From Myxococcota bacterium (GTDB lineage Bacteria; Myxococcota; JAJVIH01), in assembly GCA_022072125.1 (NCBI GenBank), contig JAJVIH010000018.1:27868-91867 (forward strand): a DNA stretch of 64,000 nucleotides, in the 5' to 3' direction. Below, one piece after another: positions 1 through 9,505 of the stretch; positions within the stretch are counted from its first letter, which is position 1; each line of letters begins with the position of its first letter. The position numbers and the translations under genes are program-made. Under the pieces are notes generated by a model. That model worked only from the letters and a program-made list of their open reading frames with translations. It was not told where the DNA came from and ran no database searches.

Positions 1-1
1 G

Positions 2-1243
2 CGCCGCCGCACCCCCGGTTTCCTCAAAACCATCGGCATGGTGGTTCCCCGGGAAACGCCCCAGCAGCCCATGTTCCCGGGACAGATGCCGCCGCAGCCG
101 CGCGAGGGCTTCCAGACCCTGCGCCGCGCCCTGTCGGAAAACTACACCGTCGAGACCGTTGATCTCTCGAAGGGCGTGGTCCCGCCGCATATTGACGTGC
201 TGCTGTTGATGCAGCCGGAAAAGGCGGGCGACAAGGAGCGTTTCGCGGTGGACCAGTTCCTGATGCGCGGCGGCAATCTGGTGGCCGTCACCAGCGGTTA
301 CAAGCTGGACATGTCCAGCATGGGCAAGCTGGCGGTCGTCAAGGTGGAGAGCGGTCTGGAGGATTTGCTCAAGCACTACGGCGTCATCGCCGGCAAGGAT
401 CTCGTTCTGGACACCCAGAACCATCCGCTGCCGGTGCCGGTGGAGCGCTCGGTGGGCGGTTTCCGCGTGCAGGAGATCAAGCTGTTCAAATACCCCTATT
501 TCGTGGATATCCGCTCCGACGGCTTCGACAAGGACAATCCCATCCTGAGCGGGCTGCCCGGCGTGGCCATGCATTTCGCCTCGGCGTTGCGCCTGGAAGA
601 CAAGCCGAAGCTGGGCGATCGCAAGGTCTCCGAACTAATCCGTTCATCGGAAAACTCATGGACCACCTCCAGTTCCGAAGTGCAGCCGGACTTTGAGAAA
701 TACCCCGAGACCGGCTTCGCTGATCCGCCCGCCGACCGGGCGCGGCAGTTGCTGGGCGTGGCCATGACCGGCTCCTTCGACAGCTACTTCGCCGACAAAC
801 CGTCGCCGCTGTTCGGAACCGGCGCCGACAAGGAGAAGGACGGCAAGGCCGCCGACCGCACCGGCCGGACCCTCAAGAAATCGCCGGACACCGCGAAGCT
901 GGTGGTGCTGTCGAGCACGGAATTCGTGAACGACACCATCCTGATGATGTCGCGGCAAATGGGATCGGATCAGGGCATGCTGGGCGTGAAGCTGATTGAA
1001 AACATCATTGACTGGAGCCTGGAGGACGCCACCATGCTGGGCATCCGTTCGCGGGGAACCGTCGCCCGCACGCTGCGGCCCATGGAGAAGTCCGCCCAGG
1101 AAAAATACGAGTGGATCAACTACCTGACGGCCCTGATTGGCTTGGCGGTGGTGTTTGGCATGGGCGTCCAGCAGCGCCGCGCCCGCCGCATGGACTTGCT
1201 CCCGCGGGAGGAGGCCCTGGGCGGCAAGGGAGGTGAAGCATGA
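2..1243 (+). CDS. GldG-like ABC-transporter auxiliary component (gliding-motility-associated type), 5' truncated by the window edge
   Basis: Open frame from nt 2 with no upstream stop. Large soluble domain ending in a single C-terminal TM helix (YLTALIGLAVVFGMGV) followed by RRARR. 4-nt start/stop overlap (ATGA) with a downstream DUF4340-like gene, a classic GldG-DUF4340 pairing. Confidence 0.55.
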   Translation, partial: RRRTPGFLKTIGMVVPRETPQQPMFPGQMPPQPREGFQTLRRALSENYTVETVDLSKGVVPPHIDVLLLMQPEKAGDKERFAVDQFLMRGGNLVAVTSGYKLDMSSMGKLAVVKVESGLEDLLKHYGVIAGKDLVLDTQNHPLPVPVERSVGGFRVQEIKLFKYPYFVDIRSDGFDKDNPILSGLPGVAMHFASALRLEDKPKLGDRKVSELIRSSENSWTTSSSEVQPDFEKYPETGFADPPADRARQLLGVAMTGSFDSYFADKPSPLFGTGADKEKDGKAADRTGRTLKKSPDTAKLVVLSSTEFVNDTILMMSRQMGSDQGMLGVKLIENIIDWSLEDATMLGIRSRGTVARTLRPMEKSAQEKYEWINYLTALIGLAVVFGMGVQQRRARRMDLLPREEALGGKGGEA

Positions 1244-2301
1244 AACTGAATACGGGAATGCTGATTGGCCTGGCGGCGGCCCAACTCGCCTTGGCGTATG
1301 GCGTCTGGGAGATGAGCAAACCGCCAGCGGCCCTGGCCGCGCGTCCGCTGATCAGCGTATTGCAGGGCGGCGGCGCCGCCAACGTAGCCGAACTGGAAAT
1401 CAGCGGCGGCGGCGAAATGCTCAAGCTGGTCAACCAGCAGAATACGTGGGTGGCCGCCAGCGCGTCCAACTACCCGGCCAGGGATGACAAGGTGAAGGAG
1501 GCGCTGGAAAAGCTCCAGAAATTGCAGGTGCGCGAGCCGGTCGCGGCCTCGGTGGGCAGCCAGGCCTCGCTCAAGGTCTCGGCGAAGGACGCGGAACGGG
1601 TGCTCAAACTGACCGTCTCCGGCCAGGCCCCGGTAACCCTGTACCTGGGCAAATCCGGCTCCGGCGGCAAGAATTTCGTCCGTCTGGAAGGCAGCGACGA
1701 TGTCTACGAGGTGAAAGGCGTCGCCTCGTGGAATTATCCCACCACCGTATCCTCGTGGGTGGACACCACCCTGGTGAAGCTTGATTTCGACACGGTGAAG
1801 GAAGTCCGGATCGAAAACGAGAAGAATCCGCTTCACCTGCTCAAGGACGCCTCCGGCTGGACCCTGGCCGGCGTGTCCGCCGGCGAGACCGTGAAAAAAT
1901 CCGAAGTGGAATCGCTGGCCCGCAAGGCGGCGGATATCTCGTTCGCAGATGTATTGGGTGGAGCAGATGTGAAACCGCAAACGCCGTTCCCGCGTCCGAT
2001 CACCGCCGTGGTGACCGGCAAGCCGCCGAAGAAGGAAGAAAAGAAGGAAGAGGCGGTCAAGCTGGGTGAAGACAAGAAGGAAGAGCCGAAAGAAGAGCCC
2101 GAGAAGACCTACAGCCTGAAAATCCTCGGCAAGAACGACGCCAAAAACCAGTATGTGGTCCAGGTGGAAGGAATCCCCTATACCTTTGGCGTGTCGGACT
2201 GGCTGCTCAAACCGCTGGTGGAGCGTGAGCGCAAGGAACTGCTTGAGGCCCCGAAGGATGCCTCCGCCACGCCCGCCGGATCCAGCGCACCCGCTCCCTG
2301 A
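1240..2301 (+). CDS. DUF4340-like protein, partner of the GldG-like component
   Basis: N-terminal hydrophobic anchor (MLIGLAAAQLALAYGVW) and Lys/Glu-rich linker (KPPKKEEKKEEAVKLGEDKKEEPKEEPEK). Translationally coupled to the upstream gene. Followed by an intrinsic terminator. Confidence 0.5.
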   Translation: MKLNTGMLIGLAAAQLALAYGVWEMSKPPAALAARPLISVLQGGGAANVAELEISGGGEMLKLVNQQNTWVAASASNYPARDDKVKEALEKLQKLQVREPVAASVGSQASLKVSAKDAERVLKLTVSGQAPVTLYLGKSGSGGKNFVRLEGSDDVYEVKGVASWNYPTTVSSWVDTTLVKLDFDTVKEVRIENEKNPLHLLKDASGWTLAGVSAGETVKKSEVESLARKAADISFADVLGGADVKPQTPFPRPITAVVTGKPPKKEEKKEEAVKLGEDKKEEPKEEPEKTYSLKILGKNDAKNQYVVQVEGIPYTFGVSDWLLKPLVERERKELLEAPKDASATPAGSSAPAP

Positions 2302-2333
2302 TCGCGGACAACGGTTCATCGTTGACCGGGACA

Positions 2334-2370
2334 CGGCCCGCCGGAGATGGTTTTCCACCGGCGGGCTTTT
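2334..2370 (+). terminator. Rho-independent terminator after the DUF4340-like gene
   Basis: 9-bp GC stem gcccgccgg / ccggcgggc with a 13-nt loop, followed by TTTTTT. Confidence 0.65.
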
Positions 2371-2653
2371 TTCCGGCAACCGTTTTTACCCACGATCATG
2401 CAGGGCATGGGCCGGCGAACCGGGCGGCTTTCGCGGGGTGATTCCTTCGTTTCGCCCGCCTTGGCCATTCTCCCGATCGCATCCGCCGCGCAACCGGCGG
2501 GGCATTTCACGGAACCCGGGTTTGTGAGGAACCTCCTCTGCCAGCCATCCTGGCTTTCCTACGCTCCCCGGGCGCTCTGGAAACCTGCGCCGCCGCCGGA
2601 GCGGGAAGCAACCAGTCCCTGGACGATCAAGCAAGGCGCGCGGGAGGCGGACC

Positions 2654-4021
2654 ATGAAAACCATCATCGAACCATTCCGCATCAAGTCCGTCGAACCCTT
2701 GCGGATCACCACCCGCGCCCAGCGGGAAGCCGCGCTGAAAGCGGCGGGCCACAACCTGTTCCGCCTGCGCTCCGATGATGTCCTGATTGATCTGCTCACC
2801 GACAGCGGCACGGGCGCGATGTCCAGCCTTCAGTGGGCCGCCGTCATGCGCGGCGACGAGTCCTACGCCGGCAGTCCTTCCTACTACCGGTTCGAGGAGG
2901 CCGTTCAATCCATCTTCGGCCACGAATTCGTCATTCCCACGCACCAGGGCCGCGCCGCCGAGCGTATTCTCTTCGCCGGACTGAAGCCCGGCCAGATCAT
3001 CCCCAGCAACGCCCATTTCGACACCACCCGCGCCAATATCGAGGCGCAGGGGGCGTCCGCCTTGGATATCGGCATTCCGGAAAGCCGGATTCCCTCCCGG
3101 GTTCACCCCTTCAAGGGAAATATGGATACCACGGCGCTGGAGCGGCTCATTCACGAACACGGGCGCGACGCGATCCCCATGGTCATGGTGACCGTCACTT
3201 GCAACACCGCCGGCGGCCAACCGGTCTCCATGGCGAACCTGCGCGCGGTCCGCGCGGTCTGCGATCGCCATGGCGTTCCCTTTTATATTGACGCCTGCCG
3301 CTTCGCCGAAAATTCGTTTTTCATCCGGAAGCGAGAGGAAGGATACGCCGCGCGCACGCCCCTGGAAATCGCCCGCGAGATGTTCTCGCTGGCCGATGGC
3401 GCGACCATGAGCGCCAAGAAGGATGGCCTCGCCAATATCGGAGGATTCATCACCACCAACGACGCGGCGCGGGCGGCGGAGATGCGCAACCTCCTGATCC
3501 TCACCGAGGGGTTTTCCACCTACGGAGGCATGGCGGGGCGCGATCTGGAGGCCATCGCCCAGGGGCTCGCGGAAGTGCTGGACGAGGATTACCTCACCTA
3601 CCGCATCCGCAGCGTGCAATACGTCGGCGAACACCTCGCGGCCGGCGGCGTGCCGATTGTGCAGCCGCCGGGTGGACACGCCATTTACCTTGACGCCCGG
3701 GCGATGCTGCCGCATATCCCGCCGCACCAATTGCCGGGGCAGGCGCTGGCCTGCGAGTTGTACCTGCACGGCGGCATCCGGAGTTGCGAAATTGGCAGCC
3801 TGATGTTCGGCAAGCCGGACGGACGCGGCGGAGAAATTCCCGCCGCCATGGAACTGGTGCGCCTGGCCATCCCGCGCCGGGTCTACACCCAAAGCCATAT
3901 GGACTATGTATGCGAGGTGATCGCGGAGACCGCCGCCAGGGCCGCGGAAATCCGGGGTCTGCGCATCACGGCGCAACCGCCGTCCCTCCGCCACTTCACC
4001 GCGGCGCTCGCCCCTGTTTGA
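2654..4021 (+). CDS. Tryptophanase / tyrosine phenol-lyase family beta-eliminating lyase (PLP-dependent)
   Basis: N-terminus MKTIIEPFRIKSVEPLRITTRAQREAALKAAGHNLF...DLLTDSGTGAMS, plus SAKKDGLANIGG (PLP-Lys region) and HFTAALAPV at the C-terminus. All closely match TnaA/TPL as recalled. GGAGG RBS lies 7 nt upstream. TnaA versus TPL cannot be distinguished by eye. Confidence 0.85.
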   Translation: MKTIIEPFRIKSVEPLRITTRAQREAALKAAGHNLFRLRSDDVLIDLLTDSGTGAMSSLQWAAVMRGDESYAGSPSYYRFEEAVQSIFGHEFVIPTHQGRAAERILFAGLKPGQIIPSNAHFDTTRANIEAQGASALDIGIPESRIPSRVHPFKGNMDTTALERLIHEHGRDAIPMVMVTVTCNTAGGQPVSMANLRAVRAVCDRHGVPFYIDACRFAENSFFIRKREEGYAARTPLEIAREMFSLADGATMSAKKDGLANIGGFITTNDAARAAEMRNLLILTEGFSTYGGMAGRDLEAIAQGLAEVLDEDYLTYRIRSVQYVGEHLAAGGVPIVQPPGGHAIYLDARAMLPHIPPHQLPGQALACELYLHGGIRSCEIGSLMFGKPDGRGGEIPAAMELVRLAIPRRVYTQSHMDYVCEVIAETAARAAEIRGLRITAQPPSLRHFTAALAPV

Positions 4022-4065
4022 CGGCGTCAGAAACCGCCATCATGCCGAAGGAGCGGGGCCCATGA

Positions 4066-5325
4066 GTGAAAAATCTTCTTCCCGCTTTCCATCGGCGGGC
4101 GCTTGTGTATGATATCGCCCCCATGGCGCGGAAGAAGGACAACATACACCCTGCGGCGGAACCGGCCGCCGCCTCGCGGAACAACCCGCGCGGCCGGCGC
4201 GCCGTGAAATCCGCCGCGGCGGACAGGCCGCCGGCGAAACGCCCCCCCCCCTCCGCCGCCCGGTCCGGGGACGCCGCACACGAAGATGTGGAAGACCAGG
4301 ATCTGGACGCGGACGGATTGGTTTCCGGAGCCGGGAGCGAGGAACCAGACGGCGGCGATCCGCTGGATGCGGACGAACCGCCGCCCGGATTCACCGGGGA
4401 GGATATCGAGGTTTCTCCCGATGAAATCCTGCCCGCGCCGCTTGCACGCCACGGGCAGAAAATCGCCCTCGCCAAAACCGACCCCCTGACGGTCTACCTG
4501 CAGGAGATATCCCAGTATCCTCTGCTCAGCCTGGAAGAAGAACAGCGCCTGACCCAGCGATATTTTGAAAACCAGGACCCCGCCCTCGCCTACCGGCTGG
4601 TCACCGCCAATCTTCGCCTGGTGGTCAAAATCGCCATGGAGTACAGCCGCGCCAAACACCAGATCATGGACCTGATCCAGGAAGGCAACGTGGGACTGAT
4701 GCAGGCCGTCCGCAAATTTGACCCCTTCCGGGGAAACCGGCTGCCTTCCTACGCCCAATGGTGGATCCGGGCGTACATTCTGCGTTACCTGCTGTCGAAT
4801 TTCCGGCTGGTGAAGCTGGGCACCACCGAGGCCCAGCGCAAGCTCTTCTTCAACCTGAACAAGGAGCGCGAGCGGCTGATCGCGGAGGGATTTGATCCCT
4901 CGCCCAAACTGCTGGCCGAGCGCCTGCAGGTGGAAGAGCGCGACGTGGTGGAGATGCGCCAGCGCATGGGCGAAGGCGAGGTATCCATGAGCACGCCGCT
5001 GAATCCCAACTCCCGCACCTCGGTCGGCGACACGCTGGAAAGCTCCGGCGTCTCGCCGGAGGACAAGGCGGCGCGCGATGATCTGCAGGAACTGTTGCAG
5101 CGGAAGATGAGCGCCTTCGGGGCCACCCTGAAAGGCCGTGACGCCATCATCTGGCGCGAACGGCTGATGACCGACGAGCCCAAGACCCTCAAGGATCTCG
5201 GCGAGGAATTCGGCATCACCCGCGAGCGCGCCCGGCAACTGGAGGCGCGCATCAAGGCGCGCCTGCGCGCCTACCTGGAAAAAGAAATCGGCTCCGGCGT
5301 GGAGTTGTCCACGCTGGTGGAATGA
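4066..5325 (+). CDS. rpoH: RNA polymerase sigma factor, sigma-32 (RpoH) family, with ~140-aa acidic/Pro-rich N-terminal extension
   Basis: Contains the RpoH box QRKLFFNLNKERERL and sigma-70 regions 2-4 (LTVYLQEISQYPLLS...DLIQEGNVGLMQAVRKFDP...WWIRAYILRYL). No in-frame ATG lies between codon 20 and region 2, so the extension is probably translated. Confidence 0.8.
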   Translation: MKNLLPAFHRRALVYDIAPMARKKDNIHPAAEPAAASRNNPRGRRAVKSAAADRPPAKRPPPSAARSGDAAHEDVEDQDLDADGLVSGAGSEEPDGGDPLDADEPPPGFTGEDIEVSPDEILPAPLARHGQKIALAKTDPLTVYLQEISQYPLLSLEEEQRLTQRYFENQDPALAYRLVTANLRLVVKIAMEYSRAKHQIMDLIQEGNVGLMQAVRKFDPFRGNRLPSYAQWWIRAYILRYLLSNFRLVKLGTTEAQRKLFFNLNKERERLIAEGFDPSPKLLAERLQVEERDVVEMRQRMGEGEVSMSTPLNPNSRTSVGDTLESSGVSPEDKAARDDLQELLQRKMSAFGATLKGRDAIIWRERLMTDEPKTLKDLGEEFGITRERARQLEARIKARLRAYLEKEIGSGVELSTLVE

Positions 5326-5350
5326 TCCCCCTTTCCCCACAGGAATACCC

Positions 5351-6121
5351 ATGAAGCCCGTTGCAATCACCCTGTTCGCGCTGGCCTGCGTTTTCGCGGG
5401 ATGCAAGCGCGCCGAAGCCCCCACCGCCGCCAGCGACGGCGTCATCAAGGTGGCGGCGCCCGCCAGTTCCGCTTCCGCCATGACCCCCGGCGAAGCGGAG
5501 GAAAAACATCCCGCGCCAGCCACTTTCACCTCGGCCGGCAGACCGGAAGACCTGCTGGTGGACGCCAAGGATTTGCCCACCGTCAAGGATGTGGATTTTT
5601 CCGGCCTGACCGGCCCCGCCGAACCCTTCGCGCGCATGATGCGCTCGCTGGGCGAAGGCGACGTGCGGGCGGTGGTGGAATCCTACGCGAAGGCGCGGCG
5701 GGCGACCGTGCCCACCGAGAGGCTGGCGAGGCAACTGGGCGATCCAATGAACCTGCGGCTGCTGAATTTCGTGCTGGGCATGGCCCGCATCGAGGCCCGC
5801 AACGTCAACGTCAATGGCGACAAGGCGGAATGGACGCTGGTGGCGCGCGTGCCCGATTTGCAGAAGCTGCAACAGAACCGGGAACTGATCCGCAAATACG
5901 GCGTGGACCTGGATCAGAAACCTCCCGAAGACGGCGACGATCAGGCCAAAATGGCGTTCGCCCTGAAAAGGGAAGTGGAACTGGTGCGCGTGACCGGCAA
6001 GATCGTCAAGGAAAATCCGGACGCCATCCCGTGGGAGCAGAAAGAAGTGCCCGTGCGGAGCATCAGGGAGGATGGACACTGGCTGCTTGATCTGGATTAC
6101 AACGAGTCCCGGATCAAATAG
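5351..6121 (+). CDS. Hypothetical lipoprotein
   Basis: Signal peptide with lipobox (LFALACVFAGC). AGGAA RBS upstream. No recognisable catalytic motifs. Confidence 0.5.
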   Translation: MKPVAITLFALACVFAGCKRAEAPTAASDGVIKVAAPASSASAMTPGEAEEKHPAPATFTSAGRPEDLLVDAKDLPTVKDVDFSGLTGPAEPFARMMRSLGEGDVRAVVESYAKARRATVPTERLARQLGDPMNLRLLNFVLGMARIEARNVNVNGDKAEWTLVARVPDLQKLQQNRELIRKYGVDLDQKPPEDGDDQAKMAFALKREVELVRVTGKIVKENPDAIPWEQKEVPVRSIREDGHWLLDLDYNESRIK

Positions 6122-6163
6122 TCCGGGCAGGCCGATCTTCCACGCGCCCCAACACTTTCCCGG

Positions 6164-6195
6164 AAAAAAGCGGCCGGCCCGTGGGCCGCCGCTTT
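6164..6195. terminator. Bidirectional intrinsic terminator between convergent genes
   Basis: aaaaaaGCGGCCGGCCC gt GGGCCGCCGCttt: a 13-bp GC-rich stem with one bulge, A-run on one side and T-run on the other. Sits between the + lipoprotein gene and the - acylase gene. Confidence 0.6.
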
Positions 6196-6216
6196 GACTG
6201 GGCTCCAGCAGGGGGG

Positions 6217-9200
6217 TTACTTCGTGAACACCCACTTCTGCTTTGAGTTGCGGATGACATCCGTCTCCTCAAAGTAGATTTTGTGGTATTTGTTCAGACG
6301 CCACAGCTTGCGGATCTGGTCATCATAGTGGGGGGCGCCCAGCTTGCCATCCTGCCCGCCGGGAATCGCCATATGGCCTTTCGGACCCTTGTCAGTCAGC
6401 TCCACCACCACGCGGGTGGCTGGTCCGGATGAATAGGTCCAGTTTTTGCTGAACGAAGTGCGCGACACGCCGTAGTTGCAGGCGTCCACGTTGTTGTTGT
6501 CGCCATGGCGCGGGAATCCGTTGGGAAACCCGGCGTCCCCGCCCGGCGGCACCGCCAGGAAGTCGAGACCCGCCAGGTGCTTGAGCGTCAGCGTATGCTT
6601 GGCTCCCCAGCGCCACTGGGTCATGTCCTTCGTACCAAAACCTTCCTTGAAGGCAGGGCCGCTTTCGAGAAAATCGAGCGCCTGCTTCAGGCTCTTCATG
6701 AGGATGAAGTCGCGGCTTTCCACATCGGGCGTGCGCAGGTCGTCGAAATAGATGGAATGGCCATCGGCGCCGGATTTGCTGATGAGTTCGCCTTCCCGGA
6801 ATGTGATGTGGTGCAGGGCCTTGAACACCTGGAAGCTGATCAGATTGCGCCCCATCTTTTCCTGTTCGTCGCCCAGGGTGTTGACCGCGATCCACTGGTA
6901 CCAGGCGTTGAAAATCGAGGTGGCGATGGAATCATCCACTTCTTCCGCCGGAACATCCTTGCCCACGCCAGAAGCCGCCCACAGCCGCCACTTCTTCAGG
7001 TATTCCATGGCCTTGCCGGCGCGCTCGTCGTAGAACTCCGCCAGTTTGGGGTCCATGGTCTTGTCGCCTTCCCTGGCCTTCCTGGCCTTTTCCAGCACCT
7101 CCGTGAGCAGGGGCAGCCAGTCCTTGCCCATGTTGGAGTAATGATCGGCCTGCACCGACATCATGTCCTCGACGGTGATCTTCTTGCCCTGCTTGATGTA
7201 TTCCTCGATGCGATCCTGGATGCGGCCGCCGCGATACCCCTCGGCGTAGAAATATCCGTAGTAGGGCTTGCCGTCTTTCAGGGTTTCGTTCAGCGGATCC
7301 CCATCCAGGGTGTTGCCCACCGGATCGTTGTTGGCGGTCACCACGTAGCCTTTTGCGGGGTTGAGCGCGTGGGGAAGCTGGGTGTCATCAAGGAATTTGC
7401 CGGTCCATTCGTATCCGCCGTCGCCAGGCAGCGGCAGCCAGGGCGGAGTGGCGGGGTCGAGCTTTTCGCGGATGGGCGTCAGCGCGGTTCCCGTCATGAA
7501 GATATCGCCTTTGGTGTCGCCATAGACAAATCCCTGGGCGCCGACGCCGAAGTTGTCGAGGGCGTCCTCGAATTCCTGCTGATTTTTTGAATTGAACGCC
7601 AGCCACATGGCCTTGCTTTCGTTGGTCGGCTGGAAACCGGTCCAGCGCACGCTGAGCGCGGTGGTCTTGTCATCGGAAACCGAGTTGATGGGACCATGGT
7701 GGGGAACCTCCAGGTATTCGATGGTCACCACGCAGTTGGGGCCGTCCTCCCGGGATTTGACGGGGTAGATTTTTTTCGCCCAGCCCGGCACGCGCTTGCC
7801 GGCGGTTTGCTCGCAGGTTTCCTTCTCTTCCTTCTTGAAGCGGAACTCCTCGGGGCGGCGGACGACATCCACCTGCTGTCCCTTGAACAGCACCGATTTC
7901 ACGAAACCATCGGGGCCCATGGCCACCTTCTCCACATAGTAGTCGGTGACATCGGTGAAGAAGGTGGTCACGCTGGAAGCCATGGCGTCGTTATGGCCGA
8001 TCACCACGGCGGCGATGCCGGGGAAGGTCACGCCCGCCGCGTTGTATGTTCCGCCGGCGCGTTTGGTGTTGAGGTGCATTTCCATGAAGATGGCGGGGTT
8101 GTTGAGGCCCAGGTGTGGGTCGCCGGAGACAATCGGCTTGCCGCTGGCGGTGTGCTTGCCGGAGACGACCCAGTTGTTCGAGCCGCGATCCCGTTCCGTG
8201 TACAGCCCGAAGATATTGTAGGGGGATCCGGCGAGGCTCTTGCGGAAGCTGGCGTGGCCTTCCAGCAGGCCGGGGCGGAATCGCGGATTGGGAAAGTGTT
8301 TGCGGAAATGCTCCAGCCGCAGTTCATGGGGCTTTGGCCCCACCTGGGCGCGGGTGTCGCCCTTGGGGTATCCATCCAGAATGGTGGCGGCGCGCGCGGG
8401 TTTGAGGGTCAGCAAATCCGCCGCCGCGCCTTCCCGGGCGTCGCCCTTGGGAAAGGCCTTGCGCGCGGCTTCAATCTGCGCGGCGAAATCCCCTTCATCA
8501 ATATATCCCTCCGACAGGTTGAGCACCTGATAGCGGGCGAAGGCCAGCGAGTCCGCGGGCGTCCACGGCGCCACGTTTTCCGGGCGGATTCCCAGGCCGA
8601 TGAACTCGGGGCCGATCTCCTCCCACTGGGCCTGTTTCAGGAAGGCGTTCACTCCGGCGGCATAGCTGTCCATGTAAAGCTTCAGTTCGTCATCCGCCGG
8701 CAGGGAATCGTAGACCTGCTGGGCGATGCGGCGCAACTTCCAGAAGCGCTGATCCACGTCGGTTCCCAGCGCCCCCGCTCCCTGAAATTCCGTCAGCGTG
8801 CCGGAGGACAGGCGCCGGACGCCCTCCATGGCGAACATGCGCAGGGAGGCCTGCACCCACCCGCCGGCGAACCCCAGATCGGAAAGGTTTTTCGCGTAGA
8901 TATGCGGAATGCCCCAGTCATCCATCACCACGATGACATCGTCCTTGAGGCCCGGCGCCTTCAGGGTCTTGTCCGTGCGCAGTTCCTCGATGTTATTGGC
9001 TTCGCCGGGTCCCTTGCCTGGCGGCGCGGTATCCGGCGCCGGCGCGTCTGCGGGACCTGCTTCCGGCGGTTGAGGACCGGAGTCTGGCGAGGAGGAATCC
9101 GGGGCGGAGTCTCCGGGCGCCGCATCGGCGGGGGCTGTATCCGCGGAAGCGGTGTCTCCCGCGCCATCACCCGGTTTGTCTCCGGTTTTGTCATCGCCGC

Positions 9201-9291
9201 CGCAGGCGGCCGTGGTCAGCGCCAGCATCAATATCCACGGGGCGGCGAACGCAACGCGCGGCCCGGCGAAAACAGGGGAGAGAGCCTTCAT
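6217..9291 (-). CDS. Penicillin amidase / acylase family (Ntn-hydrolase, peptidase S45) lipoprotein, unusually long (1024 aa)
   Basis: Lipobox LALTTAACGG followed by a D/P/A/G-rich linker. Beta-subunit N-terminal nucleophile context GSNNWVVSGKHTASGKPIVSGDPHLG, typical of the penicillin/cephalosporin/AHL acylase family. Confidence 0.75.
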   Translation of the reverse strand: MKALSPVFAGPRVAFAAPWILMLALTTAACGGDDKTGDKPGDGAGDTASADTAPADAAPGDSAPDSSSPDSGPQPPEAGPADAPAPDTAPPGKGPGEANNIEELRTDKTLKAPGLKDDVIVVMDDWGIPHIYAKNLSDLGFAGGWVQASLRMFAMEGVRRLSSGTLTEFQGAGALGTDVDQRFWKLRRIAQQVYDSLPADDELKLYMDSYAAGVNAFLKQAQWEEIGPEFIGLGIRPENVAPWTPADSLAFARYQVLNLSEGYIDEGDFAAQIEAARKAFPKGDAREGAAADLLTLKPARAATILDGYPKGDTRAQVGPKPHELRLEHFRKHFPNPRFRPGLLEGHASFRKSLAGSPYNIFGLYTERDRGSNNWVVSGKHTASGKPIVSGDPHLGLNNPAIFMEMHLNTKRAGGTYNAAGVTFPGIAAVVIGHNDAMASSVTTFFTDVTDYYVEKVAMGPDGFVKSVLFKGQQVDVVRRPEEFRFKKEEKETCEQTAGKRVPGWAKKIYPVKSREDGPNCVVTIEYLEVPHHGPINSVSDDKTTALSVRWTGFQPTNESKAMWLAFNSKNQQEFEDALDNFGVGAQGFVYGDTKGDIFMTGTALTPIREKLDPATPPWLPLPGDGGYEWTGKFLDDTQLPHALNPAKGYVVTANNDPVGNTLDGDPLNETLKDGKPYYGYFYAEGYRGGRIQDRIEEYIKQGKKITVEDMMSVQADHYSNMGKDWLPLLTEVLEKARKAREGDKTMDPKLAEFYDERAGKAMEYLKKWRLWAASGVGKDVPAEEVDDSIATSIFNAWYQWIAVNTLGDEQEKMGRNLISFQVFKALHHITFREGELISKSGADGHSIYFDDLRTPDVESRDFILMKSLKQALDFLESGPAFKEGFGTKDMTQWRWGAKHTLTLKHLAGLDFLAVPPGGDAGFPNGFPRHGDNNNVDACNYGVSRTSFSKNWTYSSGPATRVVVELTDKGPKGHMAIPGGQDGKLGAPHYDDQIRKLWRLNKYHKIYFEETDVIRNSKQKWVFTK

Positions 9292-9505
9292 TCGATCCTC
9301 CAGTCAGGGGGCTTGAAATTACCGGCGGCCAATTGACAGGTGGCGATCATATAACTCTATCCATGGAATTTGTCAGCCAGAAGTGCCAAAATGGCGCGCG
9401 GGCGAATGTGAACACATTTTTTCGTCCCCCGGGTTGTGGTAGCAGAGCATGGGCGGCGTGCTGGCAAATGGCCACAACACTTGATCCAGAGACAAATCAG
9501 GGACC

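Noticed and set aside
1120-2379. 419-aa ORF on the - strand opposite the GldG-like/DUF4340 genes
   Set aside because: Arg/Gly/Leu-rich low-complexity translation antisense to well-supported genes. Typical high-GC shadow ORF.
4027-5637. 536-aa - strand ORF spanning the rpoH-like gene
   Set aside because: Antisense to a sigma factor with clear motifs. Composition (G/A/R/P-rich) is typical of spurious high-GC ORFs.
9320-9360. Perfect TTGACA hexamer followed by TATAAC in the amidase/PAS divergent region
   Set aside because: Spacing between the hexamers is only 11 nt, incompatible with a sigma70 promoter. No alternative -10 at 16-18 nt.
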